A stretch of 64,000 nt of DNA from Escherichia coli. Its GTDB lineage: Bacteria > Pseudomonadota > Gammaproteobacteria > Enterobacterales > Enterobacteriaceae. Of this stretch, positions 1 through 12,294 are shown piece after piece. Where the stretch lies: assembly GCF_045037415.1 (NCBI RefSeq), contig NZ_CP173438.1; one strand, written 5' to 3'. The position numbers were made by a program, and so were the translations under genes. The notes below the pieces were generated by a model, which had not been told where the DNA came from, ran no database searches, and worked only from the letters and a program-made list of their open reading frames with translations. Numbering within the stretch: position 1 is the first letter of the stretch; each line of letters starts with the position of its first letter.

Positions 1-1
1 T

Positions 2-193
2 CTGGATTTAGTAAACGATGCAGACGAGTTAGAAGAGCTGGTCGAAGATATTGCCGCTCGTTGTGGGCGCGATCTACGCGGAATAGAAGATAATCCGTTT
101 CTTCCCATCACCACGGTAGGTTCTCTTGTAAGTGTATTAAACGCACAACCGATGACCCAAGAGCGACGTAGCCTGTTGTTTACTCGGTCATAA
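2..193 (+). CDS. hemY: 3' end of a CDS entering the window (frame 2, stop TAA 191-193); position upstream of glmZ/aslA fits the hemY C-terminus
   Basis: Open frame from window edge to TAA at 191-193; assignment by synteny with glmZ and aslA, not by sequence recall of the protein. Confidence 0.5.
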   Translation: MDLVNDADELEELVEDIAARCGRDLRGIEDNPFLPITTVGSLVSVLNAQPMTQERRSLLFTRS

Positions 194-398
194 AAAAACG
201 CCTGCTCTTATTACGGAGCAGGCGTTAAAACAGGTCTGTATGACAACAAGTGGGTGCTTCACTCAACGTTGTGTCCATGGTGTCTGATGAGGCAGAAGCG
301 ACATCTGTCAGTGGACGATAAGCACCGTAAACGGCTCTGCGTCATTCCGGAGTTTATGAGGCACTAAGGCGAACATAAGAGATGGAATGAGCATCTAC
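192..398 (-). ncRNA. glmZ: GlmZ small RNA (207 nt), regulator of glmS
   Basis: Reverse complement begins GTAGATGCTCATTCCATCTC and ends in the hairpin AGCAGGCG plus U-run (192-198); matches remembered GlmZ sequence. Confidence 0.85.
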
Positions 399-822
399 TC
401 GTTTATTATGCCACAGAGAACCGGGAAATAACATCCCTTAACACTTGTTATGAGATAATTCTGTAATCCTCTTTGCTTCCTGAGTAATAACTTCCTGAGT
501 GAATATTTCTCCTGCGCACAATTCTACACATATATATAATGAATAATAAAAGTCATTCAATTAATAACATATATATTAATTGCAGATAAAACTAAAAACA
601 GCATCAATAATCAACGCGATATAACATCACCGCCTTACATATCACCTGCGCCAGAGGTAGGATTGAAAACGCTCTCCTGATTTTCCAATTCATTTTCTGG
701 ATAAATAAATAATTTATTTTTATCACCATTATTTATGCAATCATCCTGTCAGGGAGAGGGATCTCAATTATCAATGCTTAATTACGTCATCATTTTGACG
801 ACATGAAACCGGAGCATTTTGC

Positions 823-2478
823 ATGGAATTTTCGTTTTCACCCAAACTTCTTGTTGTTGCTGTCGCCGCAGCTCTTCCTCTCATAGCCAGCGCAGCAGAT
901 ACCCCGTCAACCGCCACCGCACGCAAAGGCTTTGCCGGATACGATCACCCAAACCAGTATCTGGTTAAACCGGCGACCACTATTGCCGACAACATGATGC
1001 CGGTGATGCAGCATCCTGCACAAGACAAAGAAACCCAGCAGAAACTGGCGGAACTTGAGAAAAAAACCGGTAAGAAACCGAACGTGGTTGTTTTCTTGCT
1101 GGATGATGTGGGCTGGATGGACGTTGGCTTTAACGGCGGCGGCGTGGCGGTGGGTAACCCTACACCAGATATCGACGCCGTTGCCAGCCAGGGGCTGATT
1201 TTAACTTCGGCGTATTCTCAACCGAGTTCTTCCCCAACCCGCGCCACGATTCTCACCGGACAATACTCCATCCACCACGGCATTCTGATGCCGCCAATGT
1301 ACGGGCAACCGGGCGGTCTGCAAGGGTTAACCACGCTGCCACAGTTGCTGCACGATCAGGGCTACGTCACCCAGGCTATCGGGAAATGGCATATGGGGGA
1401 AAACAAAGAGTCGCAGCCGCAGAACGTTGGCTTTGATGATTTCCGCGGCTTTAACTCGGTATCTGATATGTATACCGAATGGCGTGATGTTCATGTCAAC
1501 CCGGAAGTCGCCCTGAGCCCGGATCGTTCTGAATACATCCAAAAACTGCCGTTTAGCAAAGATGACGTTCATGCCGTGCGCGGCGGTGAACAGGAAGCCA
1601 TTGCCGACATTACGCCGAAATATATGGAAGATCTGGATCAACGCTGGATGGAATATGGCGTTAAGTTCCTCGACAAGATGGCGAAGAGTGATAAGCCTTT
1701 CTTCCTCTATTACGGCACTCGCGGCTGTCACTTCGATAACTACCCGAACGCCAAATATGCGGGTAGCTCTCCGGCGCGCACCTCTTACGGCGACTGCATG
1801 GTGGAGATGAACGATATCTTCGCCAATCTGTATAAAGCACTGGAGAAAAACGGTCAGCTTGATAACACGCTGATTGTGTTCACCTCTGATAACGGTCCGG
1901 AAGCCGAAGTTCCGCCGCACGGTCGCACGCCGTTCCGCGGTGCGAAAGGTTCTACATGGGAAGGCGGCGTTCGTGTGCCAACCTTCGTTTACTGGAAAGG
2001 CATGATCCAACCGCGTAAATCTGACGGCATTGTCGATCTGGCGGATCTCTTCCCTACGGCGCTGGATCTGGCGGGGCATCCTGGGGCGAAAGTAGCGAAT
2101 TTAGTACCGAAAACCACCTTTATCGATGGTGTGGACCAGACATCTTTCTTCCTGGGAACAAATGGTCAGTCTAACCGTAAGGCCGAGCATTACTTCCTCA
2201 ACGGTAAACTTTCTGCTGTGCGTATGGATGAGTTCAAGTATCACGTCCTGATTCAGCAACCTTACGCTTATACCCAGAGCGGATATCAGGGTGGATTCAC
2301 CGGCACAGTAATGCAAACGGCGGGATCGTCGGTGTTTAACCTGTACACCGATCCGCAGGAAAGCGACTCTATCGGCGTGCGCCATATCCCAATGGGTGTA
2401 CCGCTACAGACCGAAATGCATGCGTATATGGAGATCCTGAAAAAATATCCACCACGCGCGCAGATTAAATCTGATTAA
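823..2478 (+). CDS. aslA: Arylsulfatase-like periplasmic protein, 551 aa with N-terminal signal peptide
   Basis: ORF track 823..2478; hydrophobic N-terminus [24 protein letters not shown]; sulfatase motifs; convergent with aslB. Confidence 0.9.
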   Translation: MEFSFSPKLLVVAVAAALPLIASAADTPSTATARKGFAGYDHPNQYLVKPATTIADNMMPVMQHPAQDKETQQKLAELEKKTGKKPNVVVFLLDDVGWMDVGFNGGGVAVGNPTPDIDAVASQGLILTSAYSQPSSSPTRATILTGQYSIHHGILMPPMYGQPGGLQGLTTLPQLLHDQGYVTQAIGKWHMGENKESQPQNVGFDDFRGFNSVSDMYTEWRDVHVNPEVALSPDRSEYIQKLPFSKDDVHAVRGGEQEAIADITPKYMEDLDQRWMEYGVKFLDKMAKSDKPFFLYYGTRGCHFDNYPNAKYAGSSPARTSYGDCMVEMNDIFANLYKALEKNGQLDNTLIVFTSDNGPEAEVPPHGRTPFRGAKGSTWEGGVRVPTFVYWKGMIQPRKSDGIVDLADLFPTALDLAGHPGAKVANLVPKTTFIDGVDQTSFFLGTNGQSNRKAEHYFLNGKLSAVRMDEFKYHVLIQQPYAYTQSGYQGGFTGTVMQTAGSSVFNLYTDPQESDSIGVRHIPMGVPLQTEMHAYMEILKKYPPRAQIKSD

Positions 2479-2506
2479 GCCGGCGCTATCGCTGAGATCT
2501 ACCTTT

Positions 2507-2535
2507 GCCGGATGCGATGCTGACGCATCCGACAA
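2507..2535. repeat. REP-like imperfect palindrome (GCCGGATGCG...CGCATCC) in the aslA-aslB convergent intergenic region
   Basis: Sequence gccggatgcgatgctgacgcatccgacaa resembles the REP consensus family; followed by a T-run. Confidence 0.5.
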
Positions 2536-2568
2536 TCAACCGCAGGCGGCCACAAAATGGCTGCTTTT

Positions 2569-3804
2569 TTACTTATTCACCACCAGCAAATGCGCCTGCA
2601 TAATGTCGCTGGCCGGACGACCGTGCGCCAGCAAATCAACCATTGCTTTAAGATATGGCGGTAGATGGCGGAAATAACGCTGATACCCGGCACACAAATA
2701 ATTCAGCTCGGGTTTGCCGCTGGCATCGAGCATAAAGCGGTGTTTCGGGCAGCCTCCCCAGCACGCTTTTAACACGTTGCAACTGCGACACTGTGCCGGT
2801 AACTGCTTGAATTTATCTTCACCAAATGCCTGCTGTTGCGGGGAATCAATCATTTCTGCAATCATCTGCTGAAGCATATTCCCTAGTCGATACTGCGGAT
2901 AAACATAGTGATCGCAGGCATAAACGTCACCGTTGTGCTCAACAATCACCGAGCGCCCACAGGTTGGCTGATGATGGCAAACCGCGCCCGGTGCGCCGAC
3001 AAAATTGGCGAACGCCCATTCGATATTCATTACGAAAATCTTGCCGACGTCGCGCTTAATCCAGTGGTCGAAAATCGCCACCAGAAACTCACCGAACTCT
3101 TGCGGGCACACCGACCATTCCGTCAGTTCGCCCTGAATATCGCCGGGAGCATGTAGCTTAAGTCCAGCATGAGCAGCCGTTTCATTAGCCAGGCGCTCGA
3201 CCACCGGAATAAACTGGATGAACTCAACACCTGCATCACACAGAAAATCATAGACTTGCAAAGGTTGTAACGCACTGGTGCGATTGACGCAGACCAGCAC
3301 GTTATAGTCGACATGATGTTTTTGCAGGAGCGTCAGGGCACGCATCACCAGCTTATGCGTGGGTCTGCCACCTTTGGTCACGCGATATTGATTGTGGATC
3401 TCAGCCGGACCATCCAGCGATAACCCTACAAGAAAATGATTTTCTGCCAGAAATCCACACCATTCGTCATCGAGCAGCACGCCGTTAGTCTGGAAGCTAT
3501 TACTTATCTTCCTGCCAGCACCATATTTCGCCTGTAGCGCCACGGCACGGCGGTAAAACTCCAGCCCGAGTAACGTTGGTTCGCCGCCCTGCCAGGTAAA
3601 AGCCACTTCGTTTTGGGTTTCGCTGGCAGCGATATAGTGACGGACATACGCTTCCAGCGTGTCATCGTCCATATGCGTGACTGGCTTTTCGTGGTAAAGG
3701 GATTGTTTTTCGAGATAAAAACAGTAGTCACAGTTCAGATTACAATCAGAACCGCTCGGTTTCGCCATCACATGAAAAGCACGCGTTGGAACCTGTTGCT
3801 GCAT
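2569..3804 (-). CDS. aslB: Anaerobic sulfatase-maturating enzyme homolog (radical SAM, CxxxCxxC)
   Basis: ORF track 2569..3834; start trimmed to internal Met (MQQQVPTRAF...); motif CNLNCDYC present. Confidence 0.85.
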   Translation of the reverse strand: MQQQVPTRAFHVMAKPSGSDCNLNCDYCFYLEKQSLYHEKPVTHMDDDTLEAYVRHYIAASETQNEVAFTWQGGEPTLLGLEFYRRAVALQAKYGAGRKISNSFQTNGVLLDDEWCGFLAENHFLVGLSLDGPAEIHNQYRVTKGGRPTHKLVMRALTLLQKHHVDYNVLVCVNRTSALQPLQVYDFLCDAGVEFIQFIPVVERLANETAAHAGLKLHAPGDIQGELTEWSVCPQEFGEFLVAIFDHWIKRDVGKIFVMNIEWAFANFVGAPGAVCHHQPTCGRSVIVEHNGDVYACDHYVYPQYRLGNMLQQMIAEMIDSPQQQAFGEDKFKQLPAQCRSCNVLKACWGGCPKHRFMLDASGKPELNYLCAGYQRYFRHLPPYLKAMVDLLAHGRPASDIMQAHLLVVNK

Positions 3805-3919
3805 GGTCGCTCCTTGCCTGAAGTCATCCTTCAATAAGTTAAGGGCGAAATCATACCGTGGCGCAATGCGTTATTACGGGCGTTTATTGCGAAGGGAAAG
3901 TGACGAAATGCACAGAAAA

Positions 3920-3946
3920 CAAAAAACCCCGCCGAAGCGGGGTTCA
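3920..3946 (-). terminator. Rho-independent terminator downstream of the tRNA operon
   Basis: GC-rich hairpin ccccgccgaagcgggg flanked by an A-run on + (U-run on - strand). Confidence 0.7.
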
Positions 3947-3950
3947 AAAT

Positions 3951-4027
3951 TGGTCGGCGAGAGAGGATTCGAACCTCCGACCCACTGGTCCCAAACCAGT
4001 TGCGCTACCAAGCTGCGCTACTCGCCG
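3951..4027 (-). tRNA. proM: tRNA-Pro
   Basis: Reverse complement gives CGGCGAG...TTCGAATCC...CCA; matches remembered proM. Confidence 0.9.
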
Positions 4028-4069
4028 AAATACTGCTTTTTGAATTTTTAGTTCAATTCTTTAAAGTCG

Positions 4070-4156
4070 TGGTGCGAGGGGGGGACTTGAACCCCCACGT
4101 CCGTAAGGACACTAACACCTGAAGCTAGCGCGTCTACCAATTCCGCCACCTTCGCA
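4070..4156 (-). tRNA. leuT: tRNA-Leu (long variable arm, 87 nt)
   Basis: tggtgcgaggggggacttgaaccccc... is the reverse complement of a class II tRNA-Leu ending CCA. Confidence 0.9.
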
Positions 4157-4175
4157 TTGTCACAACTTCTAATAA

Positions 4176-4252
4176 TGGGGTGGCTAATGGGATTCGAACC
4201 CACGACAACTGGAATCACAATCCAGGGCTCTACCAACTGAGCTATAGCCACC
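4176..4252 (-). tRNA. hisR: tRNA-His
   Basis: Reverse complement GTGGCTATAGCTCAGTTGGTAGAGC...CCA with extra 5' G. Confidence 0.9.
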
Positions 4253-4309
4253 ACTACAAATCTTGTTACGCGGTATTACTACCACCGCAGCTCAAGCGCC
4301 GGGACTAAA

Positions 4310-4386
<77 letters not shown>

Positions 4387-4488
4387 TTAGCGCCGTTGCG
4401 GGGGTGGATAATACGGACTTCCCACCCCTCTGTCTAGTCCCTTTTTAAATAAATTGCGCGTTTGGTTACGGTTTGTGCGTTTTGCTGC

Positions 4489-5874
4489 TTATTCCTCCAG
4501 TTTATGCGCTTTACCGTGGCGATTAAGCCCAAAAACTTTATAAATCGCCGTCACCGTCAGCATAAAGATGATGCCGACAAACAGCGACATACGCGTATCT
4601 TCATTAAAGTACATGCCGATCAAAACGCAAATCAGGAATGCCATTGTTACGTAGTTGGCCCAAGGGAACAGGATTGAGCGGAACGGATGGCTGGCAATTG
4701 CCGCTTTATGCGCACGACGAAAACGCAGCTGGCTAATCAATATCACAAACCATGGCACCATCCCCGGAAGCACGCTGGCACTGTAGACATAGACAAACAC
4801 ACGCTGCGGATTGGGAATGATGTAGTTCAGGCATGAGCCAATTAGCAGAATAGCAATAGATACCGCCACACCCGCAACCGGTACGCCGTGACGGGAAACT
4901 TTCGCCATCGCCGCCGGTAACTGACGGTTTTTCGCCAGTGCATAGAGCATACGTCCGCAACTGTACATGCCACTGTTACAGCCAGAAAGCGCTGCCGTCA
5001 GCACCACAAAGTTAATAATGCCCGCCGCAGCGGTAATGCCGATTTTGGCGAAAGTCAGTACGAACGGGCTGCCGTTGCTGCCTATTTCATTCCACGGGAA
5101 GATGGTAACGATAACGAAAATCGCGCCTACGTAGAAAATCAGGATTCGCCACAGCACCTTGCCTACAGCGCTACGCAGCGTCACCTGCGGATTCTTCGCT
5201 TCACCGGCAGTAATGCCAATCAGCTCCACGCCCTGGTAGGACGCCACCACAATACACAATGCGGTCAGGAACCCTTTCCAGCCACCCGCAAAGAAACCGC
5301 CATGCTCTGTGAGATTGCTAAAACCAATCGACTGCCCGCCATTGCCAAAGCCAAAGAAAATCACGCCCAGGCCAATGACAATCATCACGATAATCGTGGT
5401 GACTTTGATCATCGCGAACCAGAACTCGATTTCGCCGTACAACCTCACCGCAGCCAGATTCGCCAACGCCACCAGCGCCACCGCGATCAATGCGGGTATC
5501 CACTGCGCCATCTCCGGGAACCAGAACTGGACATAAACGCCAATGGCGGTGATTTCTGAGATCCCCACCGCCATCCACATAAACCAGTAAGACCAGGCGG
5601 TGAGATAGCCAAAGAACGGGCTCATATAACGATGCGCGTAAACGGCGAACGAACCGGTAACCGGTTCGAGGAACAACATTTCGCCCATTGAACGCATGAT
5701 GAAAAAGACGAACAGCCCGGCGATGATATAGGCCAACAATACGGATGGCCCGGCCCATTTCAGGGTACTGGCGGCCCCCATAAACAGGCCGACGCCAATG
5801 GTGCCCCCCAGGGCGATGAGTTCGATATGTCGAGCTTCCAGCCCACGCTGTAGCTCTGGTTTGTTATCTGCCAT
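4489..5874 (-). CDS. yifK: Amino acid permease (APC family), 461 aa
   Basis: ORF track; multiple hydrophobic segments; expected position between the tRNA cluster and the ECA cluster. Confidence 0.9.
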   Translation of the reverse strand: MADNKPELQRGLEARHIELIALGGTIGVGLFMGAASTLKWAGPSVLLAYIIAGLFVFFIMRSMGEMLFLEPVTGSFAVYAHRYMSPFFGYLTAWSYWFMWMAVGISEITAIGVYVQFWFPEMAQWIPALIAVALVALANLAAVRLYGEIEFWFAMIKVTTIIVMIVIGLGVIFFGFGNGGQSIGFSNLTEHGGFFAGGWKGFLTALCIVVASYQGVELIGITAGEAKNPQVTLRSAVGKVLWRILIFYVGAIFVIVTIFPWNEIGSNGSPFVLTFAKIGITAAAGIINFVVLTAALSGCNSGMYSCGRMLYALAKNRQLPAAMAKVSRHGVPVAGVAVSIAILLIGSCLNYIIPNPQRVFVYVYSASVLPGMVPWFVILISQLRFRRAHKAAIASHPFRSILFPWANYVTMAFLICVLIGMYFNEDTRMSLFVGIIFMLTVTAIYKVFGLNRHGKAHKLEE

Positions 5875-6064
5875 AAATCCTCGTGTTGTGTTTGCATGCT
5901 TTCCGGTGTTACCGGTTATCGTTATGGGTACATCGAGTGTTGCGAATGTTTTCGTAATTCAGGAGAAATGGCAAATAAAGCATTAAAAATTTGAATGCTT
6001 TGTGTAATAAAAAAGCAGACAGGCGACGGAGTGACCACTTCGTCGCTTTACAAAGAGAGGAAAA

Positions 6065-6805
6065 TCAGAGGTTGCCGGTATAGTGCCAGCGTAAATAACG
6101 CAGCAAACGAAGCTGACGCTTAATGCGGCTCGGCTGCGAAAGCAGGCGGTAGAGCCACTCCAGCCCCAGCGTTTGCCAGATTTTCGGTGCGCGTTTTACG
6201 TGACCGGTGAAAACATCGTAGGTCCCGCCAACGCCCATATACAGCGCATCTGGATGCACCAGACGGCAGTCGCGCATGAAGATCTCCTGCTTTGGCGATC
6301 CCATCGCAACGGTGACGATTTGCGCTCCGCTGGCATGAATGCGTTCAAACAGCGCCTGACGCTGCTCGGGTTTAAAATAACCATCCTGGCTGCCAACGAT
6401 ATTCACATTCCACTGGTTGCGCAGTTTAGCTTCAGTTTGCGCCAGCACTTCAGGTTTACCGCCCACAAGAAATACCGGTGTCCCTTCTTTGCCTGCGCGC
6501 GCCATCAGCTCTTCCCAGAGATCGGCCCCAGCAACGCGGGAAACCTGCGCCTGCGGGTACTTTTTACGTACTGAACGTACAACGCTTATGCCATCCGCAT
6601 ATTTAAATTCGGCAGCGTTAATTAGCTCCCGGACCTCGGCGTTATCTTCAATGGTCAGCATTTTTTCGGCATTAATGGCAACCAGCGTTCCTTGCTTAAG
6701 CTGCCCGTCAGCGAACAGATAATCGAGGGCGTGCTGCATATCACGCCAACCAATCAACTGTAAGCCACGCAGCGTATAGGTCGGTGCCGTGGTGTTGTTA
6801 TTCAT
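6065..6805 (-). CDS. wecG: UDP-N-acetyl-D-mannosaminuronic acid transferase (ECA)
   Basis: ORF track 246 aa; last gene of the ECA cluster. Confidence 0.9.
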
Positions 6806-6807
6806 TA

Positions 6808-8160
6808 TTATCCTTCAACCTGCGTCCGGAGCGATGATTTTGTTCGTTTATGAATGAGTCCGGCGCTTTCAAAAAGCCAGTACAACAGTTTTGCGATCAT
6901 CAGACATGCGCCGAAGACCACGATAAAAAAGACCACGCGTGAGACAAACGAATCCAGCCCTTCACGCGCCAGCACGATCATATTGAAGATCGCCCCGAAG
7001 CAGAAACTGTGCAATATCGCAGCCTTATAGCGATTAGTCTCGCGGTTGCCCAGCTCATACAGCCAGTCGAACCATTTGATGATCAGTCCAACAACAATCG
7101 CCCCGAGCGGGATGAACAACGCGCCGCCCATCACCACCAGTGAGCCTATAAGCGTAGGCGAGATCGCCAGTCCGGAGTGGTTATTCAGCACTTCCCAGGT
7201 AAAGTAGTTGGCGGAGTTCAGCACCATACTCGGGCGACCCGGCCACAGCCAGGAAGGGATAAAGACATAGAAATCGCGGACAATTGGAGCCAGGCCCTGG
7301 AAGTCGATGTTGTCGTAGTTCTGCAACAGCAACGCCAGATTCTCCCACGGTGAAAAGGTGTCGCGAGTGAGATAGAGAAACGTATAGAACGCTTCATCGC
7401 CGCTCACATTCATTCCATAGCGTTTTAACGCCAGCCAGAACATGCCCACAATCCCCAGCACGCCCGCCGCCGCCAGCATCCACAACGAAATCCAGCCGCG
7501 AATAATGCCAATAAACAGGAAGATAGCGAATGCGATGATGATATTGGCGCGAGTGCCGCCGACAATCATATAAGTCAGCAAGCCAAAAGCGACCGTGCTG
7601 ACGAGGAAAAACAGCCACGCTTTGCTGTCCTGGCGCAGAAAGTAGACCACCAGCATCGCCGGGATGAAAAAGTAAAAGAAGCGTTTTAACGCCACGCCGG
7701 AGACTTCACTGGAGAAGATCTGACTGTAGGAGTTAAGCCGGAACAGCAAAAAGCCGTTGTGCATGAAGAAGATGCCGACGCTTACCAGCGCGATGCCCAT
7801 CAGGATCACCCACGTGAGATTGGTTTCCACGCGGTTCATGGTAAACAGCGGACGGCGCGGTACATCAGCAACGCGTTTGCGTAGGCGGGTTTTGTAGGTG
7901 ACGTAGTAAACCGCGTAGAAGCAGCCCGCAGAAAGCAACGCCTGCAACAAGATTTCTGGCGGCGCGGCACCAACATCAAAGCGAAAAACCAGCACGCTGG
8001 TCAGCGGGAAGCCGAAGAAAAAGGTGAGCAAAAACAGCAATGAAAAGAAGACATTGAAGTTAAAGCGCACACGGCGAAACTCAAACCAGGTCAGCGTGGC
8101 AATAAACAGCGTGCAGAGCAGCCAGACAACAAACAGGCCACTGAATTGCAGCAGACTCAT
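6808..8160 (-). CDS. wzyE: ECA polymerase, polytopic membrane protein
   Basis: ORF track 450 aa, highly hydrophobic. Confidence 0.9.
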
Positions 8161-9236
8161 GCGACCTCCCCGGCGGCAATCGCCAACGCCCGCTGCCAGC
8201 CTTGCAGATAGTTCGGGCTAAAGAAGGCAATGGTGTTTTTATCCACCGACACCAACTGGCGCTGCGCTTCACGCACAATATCCTCGTTGAGATCGTCGGT
8301 AGTAAACAGCACCGGCAAATGCTGTTCCGTCATATCCTGCCAGAACGGATTTTCCCGGTTAAGCACACAAGGAATGCCCGCCTGAATCAGTAAGCACAGC
8401 GTACCAATGCCCTGCTGGCGGGCAAAAATAAAGTAACCAAGATCGCACTGACGAAGTAGCGCCAGATAGGCGTCAAATTCCAGTTTTTCGCTCAGAGTTT
8501 GTAGATTTTCTTCGCTGAATAACTCCAGCCCCGCCTGACGAACTTCCTCGATGTACGCTTCGTTATTAGGCGGATATCCCATCGGCACCACCACTTTTAC
8601 CGTATCGCCAAATTGCTGATAAACGGCGCGCAAGGCAGCAATATGTTCATTGCTGCGGTCACCGGAGTTCCCCACCAGAATGGTCATTTTCCCTTCACGT
8701 TGCCGATCATTCGCCATCATATTGAGTGAAGGGTCCATCCGCGTCGGGAAGTACAGCAGTTCTCCCCGCACCTTTGGATGCGTTTTGGCAAAAAAGCTCA
8801 AATCACCGCGGGTGGCAAATACACAGCCGACTCTCTTTTGCGCCAGGCGACGTAGCGGGTAAAAAAGCTTATATCTCAAGCCACTGGAAAGCTCGTACAG
8901 GTCTGCCCCCCAGATATGCCAGTAAAACTGGCTGGGCTTAATGCCACCACTCAGCAGAGCCAGCCACAGTGTGGGATTGAACTGACCGTGGAAGAAAAAA
9001 CGCTGCTGACGGTTAGCTTTTGCTTTCGCGATGACCGCTTCCGCCAGCGATTTTTTCCCAGGGAAAAATTGCACAGAAAGCGCCGGACAGCTATCACTTA
9101 AGCCGTCGTCCTTGCCAACAACCATAAACTCGCGCGCGTGCTCGCTCGTCGCGGCCAGCGCGTCATTGAAAAACCGCAAAACGGTTCGGTTATGGTGAGG
9201 GATATCCGATCCCAGTACGTGAATCAGTACAGTCAT
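8157..9236 (-). CDS. wecF: TDP-Fuc4NAc:lipid II transferase (ECA)
   Basis: ORF track 359 aa; 4-bp overlap with wzyE. Confidence 0.9.
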   Translation of the reverse strand: MTVLIHVLGSDIPHHNRTVLRFFNDALAATSEHAREFMVVGKDDGLSDSCPALSVQFFPGKKSLAEAVIAKAKANRQQRFFFHGQFNPTLWLALLSGGIKPSQFYWHIWGADLYELSSGLRYKLFYPLRRLAQKRVGCVFATRGDLSFFAKTHPKVRGELLYFPTRMDPSLNMMANDRQREGKMTILVGNSGDRSNEHIAALRAVYQQFGDTVKVVVPMGYPPNNEAYIEEVRQAGLELFSEENLQTLSEKLEFDAYLALLRQCDLGYFIFARQQGIGTLCLLIQAGIPCVLNRENPFWQDMTEQHLPVLFTTDDLNEDIVREAQRQLVSVDKNTIAFFSPNYLQGWQRALAIAAGEVA

Positions 9237-10483
9237 GCCCGCCTACGCCAGAGTAAAAACACGCCACAACAAAGAGAAAAATAGACGATATAGGTTGCCA
9301 TATAGGCCTGCGCCGCGCCCAGTGCACCATGCGCAGGGATTAGCCAGTGGGCAAATACCATCAATAAAGTGAACTGGCTGACTTCCGCCAGAATATAAAA
9401 CCGCAGTGACGCTTTGGCGATCACCAGATAACCAAAGACATAAGCGCCCACTTTTAACACATCACCCACCAACTGCCAGGCAAAGAGATCGCGCATAGCG
9501 GTAAATTTATTCGACAACAGCAGCCAGATAGCAAAATCACGCAGCAACCAGACGGTAAAACTCGCCGCCGCCACTGCCGGCAAGACGAATTTAAGCGATT
9601 TAACCACTTCCCGGGTGATATCGCGCTTTTCCGTTAGCCGCGACAACGTGGGCAGCAAATATACGCTGAACGATGCCGTAATAAATTGCAGGTAGGCATC
9701 GGAAATACTGCTCACCCCTTGCCAGATCCCCACCTCATCCCAGCTATACTGCGCCGCCAGCAGTTTACGCATCATGATGTAAGCAACAGGCAAGGTCACC
9801 GACGTAATCAACGCCATGAGCGTAAATTTGCTCAACTGCCCTGCCAGACCGTTATCCCAGCTGGGTTTCAGATAGCTTAACGGGATGACACCACGTTTGA
9901 TCAACATGATGGCGGCAGGAATTACCACCAGCGCGGGAATCAGCGCCAGACCCAGCAACGCCCCTTCATAACCGCCCAAACGGTAACTGACGTAGTACGC
10001 GAGAACGCCAATCAAGCTGCCAACAATCAGAGATAACGCATTACCTGCGGCATCGCGAAAGCCTTTCATCAGCGCCAGTAACAGGTTGCCCCAGGCGATC
10101 CCCATTTGCACCAGCGCCACTAAACGCACCAGCCCCTGATAGTCGGTATTACCAAACAATCCCTGGCTGATTGGCGCAGCTGCCAGCACAAAAACCAGCG
10201 CCATCAGCGTAGAGAAACCAAGTACCATCGCTGATGAAGTGCCGACCACGCGGCGCAGCTGTTGCGGATTATCATGGTACTGGGCAACGTATTTGGTTAC
10301 ACCGTTAAAGATGCCAGCCCCGGCAAGCACGCCGAGCACGGTAATCAACTGGCGGAAATTTGCCGCCAGCCCAAGCCCCGCCGGACCAAATGACACCGCC
10401 AGCAACTTACCGACTAGTAACCCGGCACCAATCTTGACCAGTGTACTGGCCGCCGTCCACAAGGACGCTTTTGCCAACGACAT
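9233..10483 (-). CDS. wzxE: ECA lipid III flippase
   Basis: ORF track 416 aa, polytopic; 4-bp overlap with wecF. Confidence 0.9.
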   Translation of the reverse strand: MSLAKASLWTAASTLVKIGAGLLVGKLLAVSFGPAGLGLAANFRQLITVLGVLAGAGIFNGVTKYVAQYHDNPQQLRRVVGTSSAMVLGFSTLMALVFVLAAAPISQGLFGNTDYQGLVRLVALVQMGIAWGNLLLALMKGFRDAAGNALSLIVGSLIGVLAYYVSYRLGGYEGALLGLALIPALVVIPAAIMLIKRGVIPLSYLKPSWDNGLAGQLSKFTLMALITSVTLPVAYIMMRKLLAAQYSWDEVGIWQGVSSISDAYLQFITASFSVYLLPTLSRLTEKRDITREVVKSLKFVLPAVAAASFTVWLLRDFAIWLLLSNKFTAMRDLFAWQLVGDVLKVGAYVFGYLVIAKASLRFYILAEVSQFTLLMVFAHWLIPAHGALGAAQAYMATYIVYFSLCCGVFLLWRRRA

Positions 10484-10484
10484 A

Positions 10485-11615
10485 TCAGGAGAAGTAGTTC
10501 AACAAAGTCGCAATTACCGTACGCTGATTGACGGGCGACAGGTTGTAGAACAGCGGCAGGCGCAGCAGGCGCTCGCTCTCTTTGGTGGTGTAGCGATCTT
10601 CACCGTGGAACTCACCAAAGTGTTCCCCCGCAGGGCAACCGTGCAGCGGAATGTAATGAAACACCGCCATGATTTCCGCTTCTTTCAGAAAGTTAATCAA
10701 CGCGCTCCGGTCATCAATATCCCGCAGTTTAATGTAGAACATATGCGCGTTCTGCACGCAGCCATCGGGAATCGACGGCAGCTCGATACGCCCATTTTTT
10801 GCCAGAGGCGCCAGTGCATCGTAGTAGTTTTGCCACAGCGCCAGACGCTGCTGATTGATACGATCCGCTGCTTCCAGTTGCGCCCACAGGTACGCTGCTT
10901 GCAGATCGGACATCAAATAGCTGGAGCCAATATCGCGCCAGGTATATTTATCGACCTGACCACGGAAGAACTGGCTGCGGTTTGTGCCTTTTTCACGGAT
11001 GATCTCGGCTCGTTCGATCAACGCTTTATCGTTAATCAGCGTCGCGCCGCCTTCACCACCCGCCGTGTAGTTTTTGGTTTCATGGAAGCTAAAGCAGCCA
11101 ATATGACCAATGGTTCCCAGCGCACGCCCTTTGTAAGTGGACATCACGCCCTGAGCGGCATCTTCCACCACAAATAGATTATGCTTCTTCGCCAACGCCA
11201 TAATAGTGTCCATTTCGCAGGCCACACCCGCGTAATGGACCGGCACGATAACGCGCGTTTTGTCGGTGATCGCCGCTTCAATCAGCGTTTCGTTGATGTT
11301 CATGGTGTCCGGGCGAACATCCACAAAGACGATTTTCGCGCCACGCAGCACAAAGGCATTGGCGGTGGAGACAAAGGTGTAGCTCGGCATGATCACTTCA
11401 TCGCCAGGCTGGATATCGAGCAGCAGCGCCGCCATCTCCAGCGAAGCGGTGCAGGACGGCGTCAGTAACACTTTGGCGCTGCCAAAACGTTGCTCCAGCC
11501 ACTGCTGGCAGCGACGGGTAAAACCACCATCGCCGCACAGTTTGCCGCTACCCATTGCCGACTGCATATAGTCGAGTTCGGTTCCCACCACCGGCGGTGC
11601 GTTAAATGGAATCAT
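10485..11615 (-). CDS. wecE: TDP-4-keto-6-deoxy-D-glucose transaminase (PLP-dependent)
   Basis: ORF track 376 aa. Confidence 0.9.
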   Translation of the reverse strand: MIPFNAPPVVGTELDYMQSAMGSGKLCGDGGFTRRCQQWLEQRFGSAKVLLTPSCTASLEMAALLLDIQPGDEVIMPSYTFVSTANAFVLRGAKIVFVDVRPDTMNINETLIEAAITDKTRVIVPVHYAGVACEMDTIMALAKKHNLFVVEDAAQGVMSTYKGRALGTIGHIGCFSFHETKNYTAGGEGGATLINDKALIERAEIIREKGTNRSQFFRGQVDKYTWRDIGSSYLMSDLQAAYLWAQLEAADRINQQRLALWQNYYDALAPLAKNGRIELPSIPDGCVQNAHMFYIKLRDIDDRSALINFLKEAEIMAVFHYIPLHGCPAGEHFGEFHGEDRYTTKESERLLRLPLFYNLSPVNQRTVIATLLNYFS

Positions 11616-11619
11616 GTGA

Positions 11620-12294
11620 TCACCTGTATAACCAGTACGCGGTGCTTTCTACATTCGCACCACTTTGTATGTATCGTTTAAGCGCGGCGGTGTTGCCCAT
11701 CTGGGTCGCCACCCGCAAAGTTGTTTTACCGCGAGCATACGCCCAGTTTAGCGCCGTTTGCATTAGCTCAGCACCTGCACCGCGTCCAGCCAGCAGGCCA
11801 ATTCGCGCATCTGTCGCATTGAGTTCCCGTAAAGAGACATAACCGCGAATATCGCCGGACGCCGCACGTAAAATCAGACATTGATGATCAAAGGTGCCGC
11901 GCACGGCATTTTCAATCCACTGTGCATAAAAGCGACCGCTGGCGTCAGGCGCATACCACGGCGCACGAAAACGGCTTTGCGCAAATGCGGCGCTGGCTAA
12001 CTGACGTAATGCGGGAATATCGGTCTCTTGTGCCACTACTGCACCGCTATCACTGACATTGTTCACGGGTAGTGCCAAATCAACTTCACCTTCTATCAGG
12101 GAGAATCCCAGCTGTTGCAGAGCATCCAGTTCACCCGTATTTGATGCCGCAATTTTGGCCTGCACCCGTGACCACGGCGCTAAGGCGTCTGGCGTCAGGA
12201 GTGCCGCGTCAGGGCTAATACGCACAATGGCGCTGTTAACACCAAAGAAGGCGTTTTCCCAGGTTAGTGGCTCAATACTGGCGCGGACGGGCAC
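11620..12294 (-). CDS. wecD: TDP-fucosamine acetyltransferase (GNAT)
   Basis: ORF track 224 aa; 3' overlap of 23 bp with rffH start. Confidence 0.85.
   Translation of the reverse strand: MPVRASIEPLTWENAFFGVNSAIVRISPDAALLTPDALAPWSRVQAKIAASNTGELDALQQLGFSLIEGEVDLALPVNNVSDSGAVVAQETDIPALRQLASAAFAQSRFRAPWYAPDASGRFYAQWIENAVRGTFDHQCLILRAASGDIRGYVSLRELNATDARIGLLAGRGAGAELMQTALNWAYARGKTTLRVATQMGNTAALKRYIQSGANVESTAYWLYR

Noticed and set aside
399-440. TGGCAT motif upstream of glmZ that could suggest a sigma-54 promoter
   Set aside because: No GC dinucleotide at the -12 position with correct spacing; a CATAAT sigma-70 -10 element is better placed relative to the GlmZ 5' end
3803-4254. ORFs of 61-82 aa overlapping the proM-leuT-hisR-argX tRNA genes
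   Set aside because: They overlap tRNA genes and their terminator; artefacts of open-frame calling
5798-5986. 62-aa ORF extending into the yifK-wecG intergenic region
   Set aside because: Starts inside yifK on the opposite strand, has no obvious ribosome-binding site, and the region is a typical promoter gap
10239-11177. 312-aa + strand ORF antisense to wecE/wzxE, plus similar long antisense ORFs at 1327-2079, 14278-15018, 24108-24824, 27065-27988, 29055-29795 and 60511-61410
   Set aside because: Each lies entirely inside a well-supported gene on the opposite strand, and translations are Arg/His/Gln-rich and low-complexity; typical shadow ORFs of moderately GC-rich coding DNA
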